From Macrostomum lignano (lineage: Eukaryota), in NCBI GenBank assembly GCA_002269645.1, contig NIVC01000550.1, positions 1 through 64,000 of the forward strand: DNA of 64,000 nucleotides. Direction: 5' to 3'. The notes beneath the pieces were generated by a model. The model made no database searches, had not been told where the DNA came from, and saw nothing but the letters and a program-made list of their open reading frames with translations. How positions within the stretch are numbered: the first letter of the stretch is position 1; every line of letters begins with the position of its first letter. Of this stretch, positions 61,901 through 64,000 are shown piece after piece. The translations under genes were made by a program, and so were the position numbers.

Positions 61901-63388
61901 GACCCAGTTTTGTTCAGTATGACCCTGTTTTGTTTAGTATGACTTGAGTTCATTCAGCATGACCCAGTTTTGTTCAGTATGACCCTGTTTTGTTCAGTAT
62001 GACCCTGTTTTGTTCAGTATGACCTAGTTTTGTTCAGTATGACTCAGTTTTGTTCAGTATGACTTCAGTTCATTCAGTATGACCCTGTTTTGTTCAGTAT
62101 GACCCTGTTTTGTTTAGTATGACCTAGTTTTGTTCAGTATGACTTGCGTTCATTCAGTATGGCCTAGTTTTTTCAGTATGACGTGTTCATTCTGTATGAC
62201 CTAGTTTTGTTCAGTATGACCTAGTTTTGTTCAGTATGACTTGCGTTCATTCAGTATGACCCAATTTTCTTCAGTATGACCCAGTTTTGTTCAGTATGAC
62301 TTGCGTTCATTCTGTATGACCTAGTTTTGTTCAGTATGACTTGCGTTCTTCAGTATGACCCAGTTTTGTTCAGTATGACCCTGTTTTGTTCAGTATGACC
62401 TAGTTTTGTTCTGTATGACTCAGTTTTGTTCAGTATGACTTCAGTTCATTCAGTATGACCTAGTTTTTTTCAGTATGATCCAGTTTCGTTCAGTATGACC
62501 CAGTTTTGTTCAGTATGACCCAGTTTTGTTCAGTATGACCCAGTTTTGTTCAGTATGACTTGCGTTCATTCAGTATGACCCAGTTTTCTTCAGTATGACT
62601 TGTGTTCACTCAGTATGACCCAGTTTTCTTCAGTATGACTTGCGTTCATTAAGTATAATCTAGTTTTGTTCAGTATGACGTGTTCATTCTGTATGACCAA
62701 CCATGTAGTTTTGTTCAGTAAGACTTGCGTTCATTCTGTATGACCTAGTTTTGTTCAGTATGACTTGCGTTCATTCAGTATGACCAAGTTTGTTCAATAT
62801 TACTTAATTTCATTCAGTATGACCCAGTTTTCTTCAGTATGACCCAGTTTTGTTCAGTATGACTTGAGTTCATTCAGTATGACCCAGTTTTCTTCAGTAT
62901 GATTTCAGTTCATTTAGTATGACCAAAAATCATTTAGCATGATCCATTTTTCAGTATAACTAAATTAATTTAATATGACCCAGTTTTGTTCAATATGACC
63001 AAATTATTTAGTATGACTAAGTTTTATTCAGTATTACTAAATTCATTTAGGCTAACCCAGTTTTTACCCAGGCCGAGGTTTGACCTCTTCAAATTGAACC
63101 CTAATTTGACCTCATCAGGTTCGCTCGGTGAGCGTCGAAGTTCGGTACCGAGGCCATCGCCTGTTGCCAGGGCCGGCCCTGCTGGTGTGGCCGGAGCAGG
63201 CCGGCCTGCTAGTGACCGGACAGACGGCCACTCAACTGCCGGAATTGTCGCGCAAGCATCGCCTGGCGCGTCTGTCCTCCGGCGTACTGTTGCTAGGCAA
63301 CGGTTGCGCGAGCCAATTAATGGCTACGCTATTCTTTCCTAGCACTAACGTTAAGGTTACTAAGGCGTGGCCGATTCAGGCTGTTTAG
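57568..63388 (+). CDS. TRAPPC9: Trafficking protein particle complex subunit 9 (TRAPPC9/NIBP/Trs120)-like; join(57568..58250,59125..61135,63119..63388), ~987 aa
   Basis: GT-AG introns with phases 2 and 0. Motifs matching TRAPPC9: [86 protein letters not shown]. The last exon is inferred from splice signals and phase only. Confidence 0.75.
58365..58915. repeat. (TCTG)n microsatellite with TTTTAGTG variants in TRAPPC9 intron 1
   Basis: Directly visible. Confidence 0.95.
61215..63000. repeat. 20-bp minisatellite in TRAPPC9 intron 2 (ATGACCCAGTTTTGTTCAGT / ATGACTTGAGTTCATTCAGC)
   Basis: About 88 tandem copies of two alternating variants. Confidence 0.95.
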
Positions 63389-63467
63389 TTTTTTGTTGTG
63401 CGTCGTTTCCATTCTGTTTTCTGTTTTTTTTAAAACGAGCTTAAAATTCCGGGTTGGGCTGTTGCTG

Positions 63468-64000
63468 AAGTCTCACCAGTAGATTTCCAACCGGAAGTCT
63501 CACCAGTAGTAGGTTTGTAACCGGAAGTCTCACCAGTAGTAGGTTTGTAACCGGAAGTCTCACCAGTAGTAGCTTTCCAACCGGAAGTCTCACCAGTAGT
63601 AGCTTTCCAACCGGAAGTCTCACCAGTAGGTTTCCAACCGGAAGTCTCACCAGTAGTAGGTTTGTAACCGGAAGTCTCACCAGTAGTAGGTTTGTAACCG
63701 GAAGTCTCACCAGTAGTAGCTTTCCAACCGGAAGTCTCACCAGTAGTAGCTTTCCAACCGGAAGTCTCACCAGTAGGTTTCCAACCGGAAGTCTCACCAG
63801 TAGTAGGTTTGTAACCGGAAGTCTCACCAGTAGTAGGTTTGTAACCGGAAGTCTCACCAGTAGTAGCTTTCTAACCGGAAGTCTCACCAGTAGTAGCTTT
63901 CCAACCGGAAGTCTCACCAGTAGTAGGTTTCCAACCGGAAGTCTCACCAGTAGTAGGTTTGTAACCGGAAGTCTCACCAGTAGTAGCTTTCTAACCGGAA
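63468..64000. repeat. 30-bp minisatellite (CCGGAAGTCTCACCAGTAGTAGCTTTCCAA), runs off the window
   Basis: Directly visible. Confidence 0.95.

Noticed and set aside
63441-63977. 178-aa VRLPV repeat ORF
   Set aside because: Translation of the 30-bp minisatellite.

Overview
Eukaryotic (animal) genomic DNA, not prokaryotic: spliceosomal GT-AG introns, dense minisatellites and nested transposons. It resembles a repeat-rich invertebrate such as a free-living flatworm, but the species is an inference only. Three spliced host genes can be reconstructed with consistent exon phases: MGAT2-like GlcNAc transferase II (minus, 6 exons, 11821-17338), a SWEET/SLC50A1-like sugar transporter (plus, 5 exons, 51392-54237) and a divergent TRAPPC9-like gene (plus, 3 exons, 57568-63388). 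Most of their long introns contain a private tandem repeat. Mobile DNA includes a hAT/BED relic, a rearranged RT+RNase H LINE, several MITEs, a 10.4-kb Gypsy element with both LTRs and a TATG TSD, and a decayed PHD-FLYWCH-MULE transposase. The most unusual region is 19.6-25.3 kb. There a TTAA-flanked piggyBac unit (19708-24447; empty-site paralog visible at ~7306) carries a dead piggyBac transposase plus an intact, spliced Crypton-like tyrosine recombinase. It sits inside a non-autonomous repeat whose terminus resembles the 28S rDNA R2/Pokey target site. All analyses are manual, with no database searches.
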